Positions 50,987 through 61,439 of a DNA stretch of 64,000 nucleotides are shown one piece after another. Positions within the stretch are counted from its first letter, which is position 1. Each line of letters starts with the position of its first letter. The notes below the pieces were generated by a model, which worked only from the letters and a program-made list of their open reading frames with translations, was not told where the DNA came from and did not search any database. The DNA comes from an uncultured Lachnospiraceae bacterium (GTDB lineage Bacteria; Bacillota; Clostridia; Lachnospirales; Lachnospiraceae): the NCBI GenBank assembly GCA_946531495.1, contig CAMNAQ010000002.1:4280-68279 (forward strand). Reading direction: 5' to 3'. The translations under genes and the position numbers were made by a program.

Positions 50987-51876
50987 TGGAAAAAAACGCA
51001 CTCCTTATTTACGCACGTGAGGACATAGAAAAGAATAAGTGGTTCACGGGAAGACTCATTGAACTGGCCAAAAAACAGGGCACTGAAATGAGGCTTATTT
51101 CTGCCGAAGATCTGACTTTATGTTCCTGCGGCCCGGAAGGAGCTTTGGGATGCGGGTCGGAAGATCCCTGCAGGGATCAAGCCCTTAAAAACGTCTCATA
51201 TATAATCAACAGATCCAGGGATCACAGGATCTCGGAGCATTTTGAAGGATGCGGTATCAGATCCTTCAATAATTCAGGCACGGTGCGTATAGGAAATGAT
51301 AAATTCCTTGAGTATGATCTTTTTAGGGGACTCGGGCTGCCCGTCATGGATACGGTCTGCGGTGATACTCCGGAGGAAAAGATTCCGTTTGGCCCTCCGT
51401 TTATAGTAAAGCACAGAAACGGGCACGGAGGCAGCGCGGTGTTTAAGGCATCTTCCTACGAAGAAGCCCTTAAGATCATGCCCCGGGGTGAAAAAAATAA
51501 ATGGATCATACAGAAAATGTGTGATGAACCCGGAATGGACATGAGGCTGTATATATTGGGGGGAAAAGTCCTTGCGGGAGTGCTCAGAAGATCGGAGGAT
51601 GATTTCAGGAGTAACTTCAGCCTTGGCGGAAAAGCGGAGCTTGTGATCCCGGATCCGGGCATCTGCAAGCAGGCGCTTAAGGTTTCGGAAGCACTTGGTG
51701 CGGATTATATAGGAATAGATGTGATAAGAGACGACGGCGGATTTGTCTTCAACGAGATCGAGGATGCCGTGGGAGCCAGAATGCTTTATGAGGTATCCGA
51801 TACCGATGCGGCTGAAGAGTTCATGAGACATATTTATGAAAAAACTTTTCAAAACGGCGAAAATGGGATAAAATAG
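50986..51876 (+). CDS. Second RimK-like ATP-grasp ligase
   Basis: NDK, GHGG, DMRLY, FRSNFSLGG, IGID, FNEIED; TAATG coupling to the upstream gene. Confidence 0.82.
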   Translation: MEKNALLIYAREDIEKNKWFTGRLIELAKKQGTEMRLISAEDLTLCSCGPEGALGCGSEDPCRDQALKNVSYIINRSRDHRISEHFEGCGIRSFNNSGTVRIGNDKFLEYDLFRGLGLPVMDTVCGDTPEEKIPFGPPFIVKHRNGHGGSAVFKASSYEEALKIMPRGEKNKWIIQKMCDEPGMDMRLYILGGKVLAGVLRRSEDDFRSNFSLGGKAELVIPDPGICKQALKVSEALGADYIGIDVIRDDGGFVFNEIEDAVGARMLYEVSDTDAAEEFMRHIYEKTFQNGENGIK

Positions 51877-51925
51877 GCAAATGTTCGGGGTCCGGTAAGT
51901 AATGACCCGTTGAAAGGAGATTCTC

Positions 51926-53458
51926 ATGTCCGATATTGAAAAAAGTGCGGTAAAGGCAGAAGAGACGGATAAGAAAACTGTCAAAACTCACTATGATATT
52001 AAGATGGAAGAGCGCGCAAAGGCTAAAAAGCGCGAAAAGAGAGAGCAGACGATATGGAAGATCACAGGCATTGTCATCGCTGCGGCGATCTGTGCTTTTA
52101 TCCTTTCATTTCCTGTAAGAAAGTACCTTGCGGTACATGAGACCGTATGTACGATCGGCGGACGTGCAATAAGCAGGGTTGAGTTCGATTATAACTATCA
52201 TATGGTCAAGAATGCGTATATGAACAGCTACGGACAGTATCTTTCATATTACGGAATGGACAGCTCACATATCGAGGATGAGATGTATGACAGCACCCTC
52301 ACATTCAGGGATTATTTTGAAAAGGAAACTGTCGAGCGCATCAAGCAGACAATAGCTCTTTCCGAGGAGATGAAGAGGGAAGGCTATACTGCAGATATCA
52401 CTTCCGATTATCAGGATTATCTTGATACGATGAAGGAAAGTGCCGATGCGGCAGGACTCAGTCTCGGCGAGCTTTACAAGGAATCACTCGGTGAATTTGC
52501 AACTCCCCGCAGGATCGAGCCTTTAGTAAAAGAATCACTTCTTGTTGCGCAGTTCTCGGATTATAAGCAGAATTCATTTGCACCCACTGACGAAGATATA
52601 GATGCCCGTTATGCAGAGGAGGCGGATGAGTATGATCTCTTTGATTACAGACTTACCAGAATAGATGCAGAGCTTCCCACAGCGCCTACCGAGCTTGCAG
52701 ATGAAGGCGCAGCTGTTGCGGAGGATGGAAGCTATACTCCTTCCGAGGCAGAGAAAGAGGCAGCCATGAATGCAGCCAAGGAGCTTGCTGACGAAGCACA
52801 GTCCAATGTTTTTGATGACGGAGATCTTCATGAGGGAGAAACATCCGCTTCCATGGTCTACCAGATCCGTAACTGGATGCTTGACAGCTCAAGAAAGAAC
52901 GGGGATTCCACCGTTGTAGAATCCGATACGAGCAATTGCTACTATGTTGTCGGCTTTGTCGGAAGATATGTAGATGAAAAGGAAACCGTCAGCCTCAGGA
53001 TCATTTCCACATCCGAGGACAACGGAGCTGCGATCGTTTCGGAATTCGGAGCCGCAGGAAGCACAGAGGAAGCATTTATTGATCTTGTAGGAAAATATTC
53101 CGATTCCGATAACGGAAACGGAGGCCTTTATGAAGGACTTACCGGAGCAGAGCTTCCCGGGGAGCTTTCAACATGGGTAAAGGACAGTGCACGTAAGACC
53201 GGCGATGTAAATTATTATTTTGACGAATCCATCTCTCTTACTTATGTATGTTATTATGTAGGCGGAGGTAAGCCTTCGTGGTATTATAATATTAAGAATC
53301 TCATTGAGTCAGAGAAAATGGATGATTATCTTTCGGGACTGACCGCAGCTCTTACAGTAGAGGATCCCAAGGGCAATCTGGAGTATGTAGCACTTGAGGC
53401 AGCTGCGCAGCAGCTTCAGGAAAATGTTGAGAATGCCGTAGCAGTCCCTGCCGAATAA
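51926..53458 (+). CDS. Membrane-anchored SurA/PrsA-like peptidylprolyl isomerase (foldase)
   Basis: N-terminal TM, SurA_N-like helical region, degenerate parvulin repeats (FIDLVGKYSD..GNGGLY, W..DS.RK.GD). Confidence 0.65.
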   Translation: MSDIEKSAVKAEETDKKTVKTHYDIKMEERAKAKKREKREQTIWKITGIVIAAAICAFILSFPVRKYLAVHETVCTIGGRAISRVEFDYNYHMVKNAYMNSYGQYLSYYGMDSSHIEDEMYDSTLTFRDYFEKETVERIKQTIALSEEMKREGYTADITSDYQDYLDTMKESADAAGLSLGELYKESLGEFATPRRIEPLVKESLLVAQFSDYKQNSFAPTDEDIDARYAEEADEYDLFDYRLTRIDAELPTAPTELADEGAAVAEDGSYTPSEAEKEAAMNAAKELADEAQSNVFDDGDLHEGETSASMVYQIRNWMLDSSRKNGDSTVVESDTSNCYYVVGFVGRYVDEKETVSLRIISTSEDNGAAIVSEFGAAGSTEEAFIDLVGKYSDSDNGNGGLYEGLTGAELPGELSTWVKDSARKTGDVNYYFDESISLTYVCYYVGGGKPSWYYNIKNLIESEKMDDYLSGLTAALTVEDPKGNLEYVALEAAAQQLQENVENAVAVPAE

Positions 53459-53484
53459 GGGCCTCGGACCAATATTAAAAGACC

Positions 53485-53533
53485 ACGGCCGTGAGATTTG
53501 AGGTTTACCCCGGATCTGCGCGGCCGTTTTATT
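53485..53533 (+). terminator. Long imperfect hairpin with T-tract
   Basis: ACGGCCG...CGGCCGT followed by TTTT. Confidence 0.5.
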
Positions 53534-53539
53534 TTACCC

Positions 53540-54874
53540 ATGAACATAAATATCCCTGAAGGCGCAAAAATAATACTGGATAAGCTGTCAGATGCAGGAT
53601 ATGAGGCTTATGTTGTGGGAGGCTGTGTAAGAGACAGCCTTCTTGGTGATGTTCCTCACGATTGGGATATCACTACCAATGCACTTCCGCTTCAGGTCAA
53701 GGAGCTGTTCAGAAGGACTGTTGATACGGGACTTCAGCATGGAACGGTTACCGTAATTATCGGAGATGAGGGTTACGAGATAACCACCTACCGGACTGAC
53801 GGACAGTATTCTGACGGAAGACACCCGGATAAGGTTACATTTGTCCCTAATCTTGAGGAGGATCTTAAGCGAAGGGATTTTACCATCAACGCGATGGCAT
53901 ATAATGAACGTGCAGGTCTGGTGGACCTTTTCGGGGGTACCGATGATCTTAAGAACGGAAGGATCAGATGTGTCGGAAAGGCCGAAGACCGTTTTTCCGA
54001 AGATGCCCTCAGGATGATGAGAGCGATCAGATTCGCGGCAAGGTTTGGCTTTTCCATGGATCCCGATGTCAGAAGTGCCATAGTAAAGCTTTCCTCCACT
54101 CTTTCGAAGGTTTCCGCGGAGAGGATAACGTCAGAGTTCATCGGTCTTTTGACATCCGATCACCCCGAGATGATAAAGGACATGTATGAAACCGGGCTTA
54201 CAGCCGTATTTTTCCCGGAGCTCGACACGGCAATGGTCACTCCCCAGAACCATCCTCATCATTGCTACAATGTGGGAGATCACCTGATCGAATCCGTACG
54301 CGTCTCAAAAAATGACAGGATCGTCAGATTGACAATGATGCTCCACGATATCGGAAAGCCTGCGACGCTGACTACGGATGAGAAAGGGATAACCCATTTT
54401 CACGGCCATCCGGATGTCAGTGCCAAAATGGGTGAAGAGATAATGAAGCGGTGGAAGCTTGATAACGATACTATCAGAAGGGTATGCAGGCTTATCAGAT
54501 ACCATGATCACTGCAACGAAGCATGCACCATGTCCCAGGCCAGAAAGGCTGTTTCGGTACTTGAAGATGACTGCGCATTGTTCCTTGATGTAAAAAGAGC
54601 CGATGTTCTCGCGCAGAGCTTGTATATGCGCGAGGAAAAGCTGGAGCTGATAAAAAAATATGCTGAGGCATTTGATGAAATTGGCAGGCTGAACCAATGC
54701 TGCAGTATGAAGGATCTGGCAGTCGGCGGAGCGGAGCTTAAAGCGATCGGAATAACTCCCGGTCCGGAAATGGGAAGGATATTAAAAGCTCTTCTTGATA
54801 TAGTGATAGAGGACCCGGAAAAAAATACCCGGGATGAACTGATCAAAATTGCAGCCGGAATGAGGAATGACTGA
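53540..54874 (+). CDS. cca: CCA tRNA nucleotidyltransferase with HD domain
   Basis: VVGGCVRD, DWDITT, RRDFTINAM, EDALRMMR, LHDIGK. Confidence 0.92.
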   Translation: MNINIPEGAKIILDKLSDAGYEAYVVGGCVRDSLLGDVPHDWDITTNALPLQVKELFRRTVDTGLQHGTVTVIIGDEGYEITTYRTDGQYSDGRHPDKVTFVPNLEEDLKRRDFTINAMAYNERAGLVDLFGGTDDLKNGRIRCVGKAEDRFSEDALRMMRAIRFAARFGFSMDPDVRSAIVKLSSTLSKVSAERITSEFIGLLTSDHPEMIKDMYETGLTAVFFPELDTAMVTPQNHPHHCYNVGDHLIESVRVSKNDRIVRLTMMLHDIGKPATLTTDEKGITHFHGHPDVSAKMGEEIMKRWKLDNDTIRRVCRLIRYHDHCNEACTMSQARKAVSVLEDDCALFLDVKRADVLAQSLYMREEKLELIKKYAEAFDEIGRLNQCCSMKDLAVGGAELKAIGITPGPEMGRILKALLDIVIEDPEKNTRDELIKIAAGMRND

Positions 54875-56228
54875 CAGGGTGTTTTTTCATAACTGGAAAT
54901 TTAAAACAGGAATGGCCGGATGTATTGCGCAGATCCTGATCTGTGTGATGGTTCTTTTTTCCGCCTCGGGATGCACTCCGAATGCGGGATCACAGCCTGC
55001 AGCACCGGGTCAGGTGCAGGAAACGGGATTTACTGTGTACGGAACATATGATTATGATTCCGTGGATACTGCGGTTTTGGTTGATAAAAATACCGAGGAG
55101 ATGACTCTGACATTTCTGAACACTCAGCTGGGAAGAAAGTATACTCTCGGATATGACGGTACGACCGGATTTTATGACAAGTACGGCCAGATGATATCCA
55201 TCGGACAGATAGCGGAGGGGGACATACTTGATATCAGGTTTGTCAAAGCAAAGAGACATCTGACAGTGGCGTCATTTTCTCCGGATGCCTGGATCAAGAC
55301 TTCCACGGACCAGTATGTTTTTGACAGTGTAAGGCATGAGGTTACAATAGGTTCGGAAATATATAAGCTTTCCGATTCACTTTTTTGCTATTCGGGCAAA
55401 GAGCAGCTGTTGTATCAGGAGCTTAACAGTGTGGATGTTCTTACATTTCACGGGATAGACACCACGGTGCTCAGCATAAATGTGGATAAAGGACACGGCT
55501 ATCTGAGGCTTACGGGACAGGAATATTTTGTCGGCGGCTGGATAGAGATCGGAACGAAATTCATTCAGAAGATCACGGAGGATATGCTCCTTACGGTTCC
55601 CGAGGGCACATACAACATCGCCCTTTCAGGAAGCGGAATGACTGTGGACCGTGTGGTGACAATAAAAAAAGGTCTTGAAACGGTTCTTGATCTGTCTGAT
55701 ATCGTGCCCGAGACTCCCAAGGAGGGAACGGTTCTGTTTTCCCTTACACCCGCAGATGCAATTCTCTATATAGACGGAGAGAAAACAGATATCTCATCAC
55801 CTGTAAGTCTTACCTACGGACTGCATCAGCTGATGGCAACCTGTGACGGATATCAGACTCTTACAAGATACTTAAGCGTAGGTGAAGAAAGTGCCGGCAT
55901 CAGTATCACGATGGAGAAGGAGACGTCAGATGTATCCGGTAACGATGCCGCATCCGCTGCATCGCAGTCATCATCAGGCCAGGCAAACGATCAGGCAACA
56001 ACAGGCACCTATTACAAGGTGTATATCAATGCTCCCGCCGGAGCTGAGTGCTATGTTGACGGTAATTATACAGGCATAGTTCCCTGTTCTTTCAGAAGGG
56101 TTGAGGGATCCCATGTGATAACCTTAAGCCTGTCCGGATACAACACAAGGAGCTATACGATAAGCGTGGATAACGGTACCGGAGACATGTCATTTTCATT
56201 CACCGATCTGGTGCCCTCAAATCCCTAG
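54867..56228 (+). CDS. PEGA-domain lipoprotein
   Basis: Lipobox ASGC; PEGA repeats (PADAILYIDG, PAGAECYVDGNYTG). Confidence 0.75.
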   Translation: MTDRVFFHNWKFKTGMAGCIAQILICVMVLFSASGCTPNAGSQPAAPGQVQETGFTVYGTYDYDSVDTAVLVDKNTEEMTLTFLNTQLGRKYTLGYDGTTGFYDKYGQMISIGQIAEGDILDIRFVKAKRHLTVASFSPDAWIKTSTDQYVFDSVRHEVTIGSEIYKLSDSLFCYSGKEQLLYQELNSVDVLTFHGIDTTVLSINVDKGHGYLRLTGQEYFVGGWIEIGTKFIQKITEDMLLTVPEGTYNIALSGSGMTVDRVVTIKKGLETVLDLSDIVPETPKEGTVLFSLTPADAILYIDGEKTDISSPVSLTYGLHQLMATCDGYQTLTRYLSVGEESAGISITMEKETSDVSGNDAASAASQSSSGQANDQATTGTYYKVYINAPAGAECYVDGNYTGIVPCSFRRVEGSHVITLSLSGYNTRSYTISVDNGTGDMSFSFTDLVPSNP

Positions 56229-56302
56229 GAATCCGCATTTTAAGGGCGTTTTGGACTGAGGGCCGAAAAACGTGATAAAATCGTTCAAATGCCCTAAATA
56301 TC

Positions 56303-56331
56303 TTGACAAACAGGCACTTACTGTTTATAAA
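56303..56331 (+). promoter_or_regulatory. sigmaA promoter of hup
   Basis: TTGACA-17-TATAAA. Confidence 0.6.
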
Positions 56332-56395
56332 TATTTGTAGTGGTTTCAAGAGAAATCGCGATCACATTCTTATTTATAACAGGAGGAGTTATATC

Positions 56396-56668
56396 ATGAA
56401 CAAGACCGAATTGGTTGCAGCTATCGCAGATTCTGCTGATCTTACCAAGAAGGACGCTGAGAAGGCAGTTAAGGCTTTCACTGATGTAGTTACCAAGGCT
56501 CTTAAGAAGGGTGACAAGGTTCAGCTTGTTGGCTTCGGAACTTTCGAAGTTGTTAAGAGAGCAGCCAGAGAAGGAAGAAATCCTCAGACCGGTAAGGCTA
56601 TGAAGATCAAGGCTTCAAAGGCTCCTAAGTTCAAGGCAGGCAAGGCTCTTAAGGACGCTCTGAACTAA
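56396..56668 (+). CDS. hup: DNA-binding protein HU
   Basis: MNKTELV...VQLVGFGTF...GRNPQTG...PKFKAGKALKD; AGGAGG RBS. Confidence 0.97.
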   Translation: MNKTELVAAIADSADLTKKDAEKAVKAFTDVVTKALKKGDKVQLVGFGTFEVVKRAAREGRNPQTGKAMKIKASKAPKFKAGKALKDALN

Positions 56669-56687
56669 TAGCATTTTGATTTATAGC

Positions 56688-56722
56688 TGCACCCGCCATC
56701 ATCCAAGGGCGGGTGCAATTTT
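56688..56722 (+). terminator. Intrinsic terminator after hup
   Basis: TGCACCCGCC...GGCGGGTGCA-ATTTT. Confidence 0.7.
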
Positions 56723-56741
56723 GTATAAGGGGAATTATCCT

Positions 56742-56981
56742 ATGAGGCTCGATAAGTATCTTAAGGTTTCAAGACTTATAAAGAGAAGAACCGTTGCCAA
56801 CTCCGCATGCGATGCCGGAAGGGTTACGATCAATGACAGACCCGCCAAGGCATCGAGTGATGTTAAGGCAGGTGATATTCTCTGCATTTCATTCGGAAAC
56901 CGTGAGCTCAAGGTCAGGGTGACCGATGTTCGTGAGACCGTTAAGAAGGAAGAAGCCGACGCAATGTACGAGGAGATCTGA
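56742..56981 (+). CDS. yabO: S4-domain protein YabO/RqcP
   Basis: MRLDKYLKVSRLIKRRTVA. Confidence 0.9.
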   Translation: MRLDKYLKVSRLIKRRTVANSACDAGRVTINDRPAKASSDVKAGDILCISFGNRELKVRVTDVRETVKKEEADAMYEEI

Positions 56982-57313
56982 TGGCAAAGGGAGGATCTAA
57001 AAACAGAATAACTGCAATGGAGAAGCGCCGCAGAAGATCCGGTGCTTCGGGTTATCTGCTGATCGCCGTCATCGTCAGCCTTATCACTGCCGTTGTCATG
57101 ATACAGATACATGATGTAAAGTCGAGACTTGCGGTTTATGAGGAGCAGGATCAGGCTCTTGATGAGCAGATCGCTGCAGAGCTTGAGAGGGCCGAGGAGC
57201 TCAATGAGCTCGAAAAGTACGTTCAGACCAAGGCTTATGCTGAAGAGCAGGCTCATGAAAAGCTTGGACTGGTCAATGAAGGAGAGATCATCTTCAGGTT
57301 AGAGGATGACTGA
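56981..57313 (+). CDS. divIC: Septum formation initiator DivIC/FtsB family
   Basis: TM + coiled coil + AHEKLGLVNEGEIIF. Confidence 0.8.
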   Translation: MAKGGSKNRITAMEKRRRRSGASGYLLIAVIVSLITAVVMIQIHDVKSRLAVYEEQDQALDEQIAAELERAEELNELEKYVQTKAYAEEQAHEKLGLVNEGEIIFRLEDD

Positions 57314-58769
57314 TATGAAATTGGGACTTAAAGCGGAGACCATTTGTAAAAAGTATATGGATGAATTACTGATGGCCGGACAGTATCCGCACATGGTCAT
57401 CGGTGTATCGGGCGGGGCAGATTCTATCTGCCTTTTATTTTTGATGAAGGATATCGTTCCCGCAGATCATATACGTGTGATACATATCAACCACATGATA
57501 CGTGGAAGCGAAGCCGATGAGGATTCGAAATTTGTAGAGGATATCTGCAAAAGAGAAGATCTTTTTTTCAGAGAGATAAGAAAGGATATACCGGCTATCT
57601 CAAAGGAGATGGGATATTCGGAGGAAGAGGCCGGAAGACGTATCAGATATGAGTGTTTTGAAGAAGAAGCTGCCCTTTGGGAAGAAGAATGCTTTCTTGA
57701 AAAAGGAAGCGTTCGCATTGCCGTGGCACATCATATAGAGGATAATGCGGAGACGGTTCTGTTCAACCTTTTCAGGGGAACCGGAATAAGGGGACTTGCG
57801 GGGATAGCGCCCGAAAGGGGAAGGATAATCAGGCCTCTTCTCAGTATATCCAGAAGAGATATAGAGGATTATCTGAAGGAAAGAGGAGAGTCCTTCAGGA
57901 CCGACAGGACTAATGAAGACAGCACATATGCAAGAAACCGGATAAGGAATCTGATCCTTCCCCAGGCAAGGGAAGTAAGCAATATGGCACCGGAGCATAT
58001 TGCGGCTGCATCATCGAAGCTCAGGGATATTCTGGAATATCTGGATAAAGAAACGGATGCATTATATGACAGACTTGTCACTTCCGGAGAAGGCTTTTAC
58101 AGGATTGATAGGACCGCTCTTACAGCTCTTCCGGATGTGCTTGCATCAATGCTCATGCTCAGACTCCTGACTGCCCTTACCCCAATGAAAAAAGATATTG
58201 GAGAGGTCCATGAATCGGCCGTTCTCAGGCTTGCAAAAGGAGAAGGCGGAAAGCATGCCGATCTTCCGTACGGCATCAAGGCCGATATATCCCACTCGGA
58301 AGTCCTTTTGAGAAGGGCCTTGCAGGGACAGCCTGCTGAATCCGTGCCTGAAGTGACAGAGCTTTTTTTCTTGGCAAAGGACCTTGGGAAAGAGGAGCTG
58401 GAAAGCCTTATGACTCCATCAGGTGATGGAAACAGGTACACTAAATATTTTGATTATGATAAAATATGCTACATCGCATCCCTGCAGGGAATAAAATCTT
58501 CTCCCTGCTATGAGATCAGAAAAAGGCGGGACGGAGATTACCTGAAGATAAAAAAAAGCGACGGCAGTCCGGCAACCAAATCACTCGGGGATTATCTGAC
58601 AGACCTAAGGATGTCACCGGATGAAAAGGAAGCTGTCAGAGTATGTGCTGTCGGAAGCGAGGTGCTTTGGGTAATAGGATACCGGATGGGGGATTCTGCC
58701 AAGATATCCGATGACACAGGTAATATTTTACGATTAGAGGTGAAAGGAAATGACGGATCATCATATTGA
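57306..58769 (+). CDS. tilS: tRNA(Ile)-lysidine synthetase
   Basis: VSGGADS, AHHIEDNAET, IRPLL, RNRIR; tilS-hpt-ftsH synteny. Confidence 0.94.
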   Translation: MTDMKLGLKAETICKKYMDELLMAGQYPHMVIGVSGGADSICLLFLMKDIVPADHIRVIHINHMIRGSEADEDSKFVEDICKREDLFFREIRKDIPAISKEMGYSEEEAGRRIRYECFEEEAALWEEECFLEKGSVRIAVAHHIEDNAETVLFNLFRGTGIRGLAGIAPERGRIIRPLLSISRRDIEDYLKERGESFRTDRTNEDSTYARNRIRNLILPQAREVSNMAPEHIAAASSKLRDILEYLDKETDALYDRLVTSGEGFYRIDRTALTALPDVLASMLMLRLLTALTPMKKDIGEVHESAVLRLAKGEGGKHADLPYGIKADISHSEVLLRRALQGQPAESVPEVTELFFLAKDLGKEELESLMTPSGDGNRYTKYFDYDKICYIASLQGIKSSPCYEIRKRRDGDYLKIKKSDGSPATKSLGDYLTDLRMSPDEKEAVRVCAVGSEVLWVIGYRMGDSAKISDDTGNILRLEVKGNDGSSY

Positions 58770-59277
58770 AGTAATGTTTACCGAAGAGGAAGTTGACCGC
58801 AGGATACAGGAGATAGGAGATCAGATCACTTCGGATTATGCGGGAAAGCAGATACATATGGTGTGCGTCCTCAAGGGCGGAGCATTTTTTATGTGCGAGC
58901 TGGCCAAGAGGATAAAGCTTGATGTATCCCTTGATTTTATGAGTGCTTCCAGCTACGGATCCGGAACAGAGTCCAGCGGACTTGTTAAGATAGTCAAGGA
59001 TCTTGATGAGCCGTTAAAGGGAAAGCATGTCATAGTTGTCGAGGATATAGTCGACAGCGGGAGAACCCTCAGTTACCTTTTGAAGATGCTTTCCGAAAGA
59101 GGACCTGAATCTCTCAGACTGTGCACTCTTTTGGACAAGCCCTCAAGGCGTGTTACGGATGTTGATGTTACTTATACGGGATTCAAGATCCCGGATGAGT
59201 TTGTGGTAGGTTACGGACTCGATTACGATCAGATGTACAGAAACCTGCCCTATATCGGAGTTGTTAAGTTCGACTGA
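58750..59277 (+). CDS. hpt: Hypoxanthine phosphoribosyltransferase
   Basis: VLKG, VEDIVDSGRT, FVVGYGLD. Confidence 0.96.
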   Translation: MTDHHIEVMFTEEEVDRRIQEIGDQITSDYAGKQIHMVCVLKGGAFFMCELAKRIKLDVSLDFMSASSYGSGTESSGLVKIVKDLDEPLKGKHVIVVEDIVDSGRTLSYLLKMLSERGPESLRLCTLLDKPSRRVTDVDVTYTGFKIPDEFVVGYGLDYDQMYRNLPYIGVVKFD

Positions 59278-59301
59278 TCTGTTGATTTTGGAGGAAGAAA
59301 A

Positions 59302-61113
59302 TTGGAAAAGACCTCAAGAAACCCGTTCAGATCATATCTGTGGCTGATATTCGTAGTTCTTGTACTTGTATGGGTAGCCCAGACACTGAAGGGTAATTCT
59401 GCAACTTATTCGTATGGAAGGATGGAGGCTGATCTTGCCGAAGGAAAGATAACCGATGCGGTCATCACTCCGGATGCTTCGGGAAATACCGGTTATGTCA
59501 TGGTATATGGCAAAAACGGTGTGACCGAGAGAGTGTATGTCACTGACATAAGTGAAGCTGAAAATCTCCTCAGGGAATCCGGGATAGATCCCGTGATCAA
59601 GGATAAGACCCTGATGAACTGGTTTACCAACATACTGCTGCCGATAATCCTTCTGGCTTTTGTCATCGTATTTTTGTTATCCGCGATATTAGGGCCTCCC
59701 AGCAATCAGAGTCAGGGAAACCGCATGCTGAATTTCGGCAAGATAAGGTTTAACCTGATAAACGGCGACGGCAAGATAACCTTTGCCGATGTTGCCGGCC
59801 TTAAGGAGGAAAAGGAAGAGCTTGCGGAAATAGTGGATTTCCTTAAGGATCCCGGAAAATATTCCGCTCTCGGCGCAAGGATCCCCAAGGGTGTTTTGCT
59901 GGAGGGATCACCCGGAACAGGTAAGACGCTTCTCGCAAAGGCTGTTGCCGGTGAAGCAAAGGTGCCCTTCTTATCCATATCCGGATCGGATTTTGTTGAG
60001 ATGTTCGTAGGCGTCGGTGCATCCAGGGTCAGAGACCTGTTTGAGGAAGCCAAAAAGCGCTGCCCCTGTATCGTATTCATAGATGAGATAGATGCCGTTG
60101 CAAGAAGGCGCGGAACCGGTCTTGGCGGCGGACATGATGAAAGAGAACAGACTCTCAACCAGCTCCTTGTGGAGATGGACGGATTCACCGAAAATTCCGG
60201 CATTATCGTCATGGCGGCTACCAACAGGGTTGATATACTTGATCCCGCTATCCTAAGACCCGGAAGATTTGACCGTAAGGTCACCGTACAAAGACCCGAT
60301 GTGGCCGGACGTGAGGAGATACTGAAGGTCCACGCGAGAAACAAGAAATTCTCCGAGGATGTGGATCTCGAAAAGATCGCAAGGACCACAGCCGGCTTTA
60401 CCGGAGCCGATCTTGAAAATCTTCTCAATGAAGCTGCGATCGGTGCCGCAAGAAACGGTGACAGATTCATTTCCATGGACAGGATCAATGCAGCCTTCAT
60501 CAAGGTCGGTATGGGTACCGAAAAGAAGAGCCGTGTGATCTCCGAGAAGGAAAAGAAGATCACCGCATATCATGAGACCGGACATGCCATTTTGTTCCAT
60601 GTTCTTCCCGATGTCGGACCTGTTTATACCGTATCCATCATCCCCACCGGTGTCGGTGCAGCCGGATATACGATGCCTCTTCCCGAAAGAGATGAGATGT
60701 TCATGTCAAAGGGAAAGATGCTTCAGGATATCATGGTCACTCTCGGAGGCAGGATCGCGGAGGAAATCATATTCGGAGATATCACCACCGGAGCTTCTTC
60801 CGACATCAAGCATGCAACCAAGGAAGCACGCAGCATGGTCACCAGGTACGGAATGAGCGATAATATCGGAGTTGTATGCTATGACAATGACGATGATGAA
60901 GTATTCATCGGAAGAGATCTTGCACATGCCAAGAACCACAGCGAAGAAATAGCCGGCGAGATTGACAGGGAAGTCAGAGCTATCATCGATGACTGTTACG
61001 CTAAGGCCAAAGCCATTATCCTGGAGCATCAGGATATCCTTCACAAATGTGCCGAGCTTCTTATGGAAAAGGAAAAGATCGGAAGAGAAGAATTTGAGGC
61101 CCTTTTCCAGTAA
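59302..61113 (+). CDS. ftsH: ATP-dependent zinc metalloprotease FtsH
   Basis: 2 [31 protein letters not shown]. Confidence 0.96.
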   Translation: MEKTSRNPFRSYLWLIFVVLVLVWVAQTLKGNSATYSYGRMEADLAEGKITDAVITPDASGNTGYVMVYGKNGVTERVYVTDISEAENLLRESGIDPVIKDKTLMNWFTNILLPIILLAFVIVFLLSAILGPPSNQSQGNRMLNFGKIRFNLINGDGKITFADVAGLKEEKEELAEIVDFLKDPGKYSALGARIPKGVLLEGSPGTGKTLLAKAVAGEAKVPFLSISGSDFVEMFVGVGASRVRDLFEEAKKRCPCIVFIDEIDAVARRRGTGLGGGHDEREQTLNQLLVEMDGFTENSGIIVMAATNRVDILDPAILRPGRFDRKVTVQRPDVAGREEILKVHARNKKFSEDVDLEKIARTTAGFTGADLENLLNEAAIGAARNGDRFISMDRINAAFIKVGMGTEKKSRVISEKEKKITAYHETGHAILFHVLPDVGPVYTVSIIPTGVGAAGYTMPLPERDEMFMSKGKMLQDIMVTLGGRIAEEIIFGDITTGASSDIKHATKEARSMVTRYGMSDNIGVVCYDNDDDEVFIGRDLAHAKNHSEEIAGEIDREVRAIIDDCYAKAKAIILEHQDILHKCAELLMEKEKIGREEFEALFQ

Positions 61114-61184
61114 TTCTGTAAGAGTTGCACAAAAAGAATCCGGAGATTATGTGAAGTTTGTGAATCTTTGGCATGGTAAGGCAT

Positions 61185-61297
61185 AGGGGCAGGTGCTACT
61201 ATATGACTGTACCCCCAATACATTTTGTTTTGGAAATACCCCAAGAGATAGATTCTCTGGAGAAAAGACAGCTTCCCCGGCTGTCTTTTTTCTTTTT
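61185..61297 (+). ncRNA. Candidate small RNA
   Basis: Non-coding, hairpins, repeated TACCCC motifs, strong terminator; no family recognised. Confidence 0.35.
61263..61297 (+). terminator. Intrinsic terminator
   Basis: AAAAGACAGC-TTCCCCG-GCTGTCTTTTTTCTTTTT. Confidence 0.85.
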
Positions 61298-61439
61298 GAC
61301 CGCAAAGGCTATGTTTTAAATGCCGCGATGGCTAATATTTTCAATGCCTTACTTGTATAAGGGAATATAATAAGCTACAATATGTTGTGGTTTTTTGATC
61401 AAAGCTTTTATTTGATGTATTGTGTTCCGGAGGTTTTAA

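Noticed and set aside
47938-51876. LysW-dependent lysine/arginine pathway (homocitrate synthase + LysX/ArgX)
   Set aside because: The synthase has type-2 LeuA motifs and a leucine allosteric domain; no LysW (EDWGE) or lysYZJK genes are nearby.
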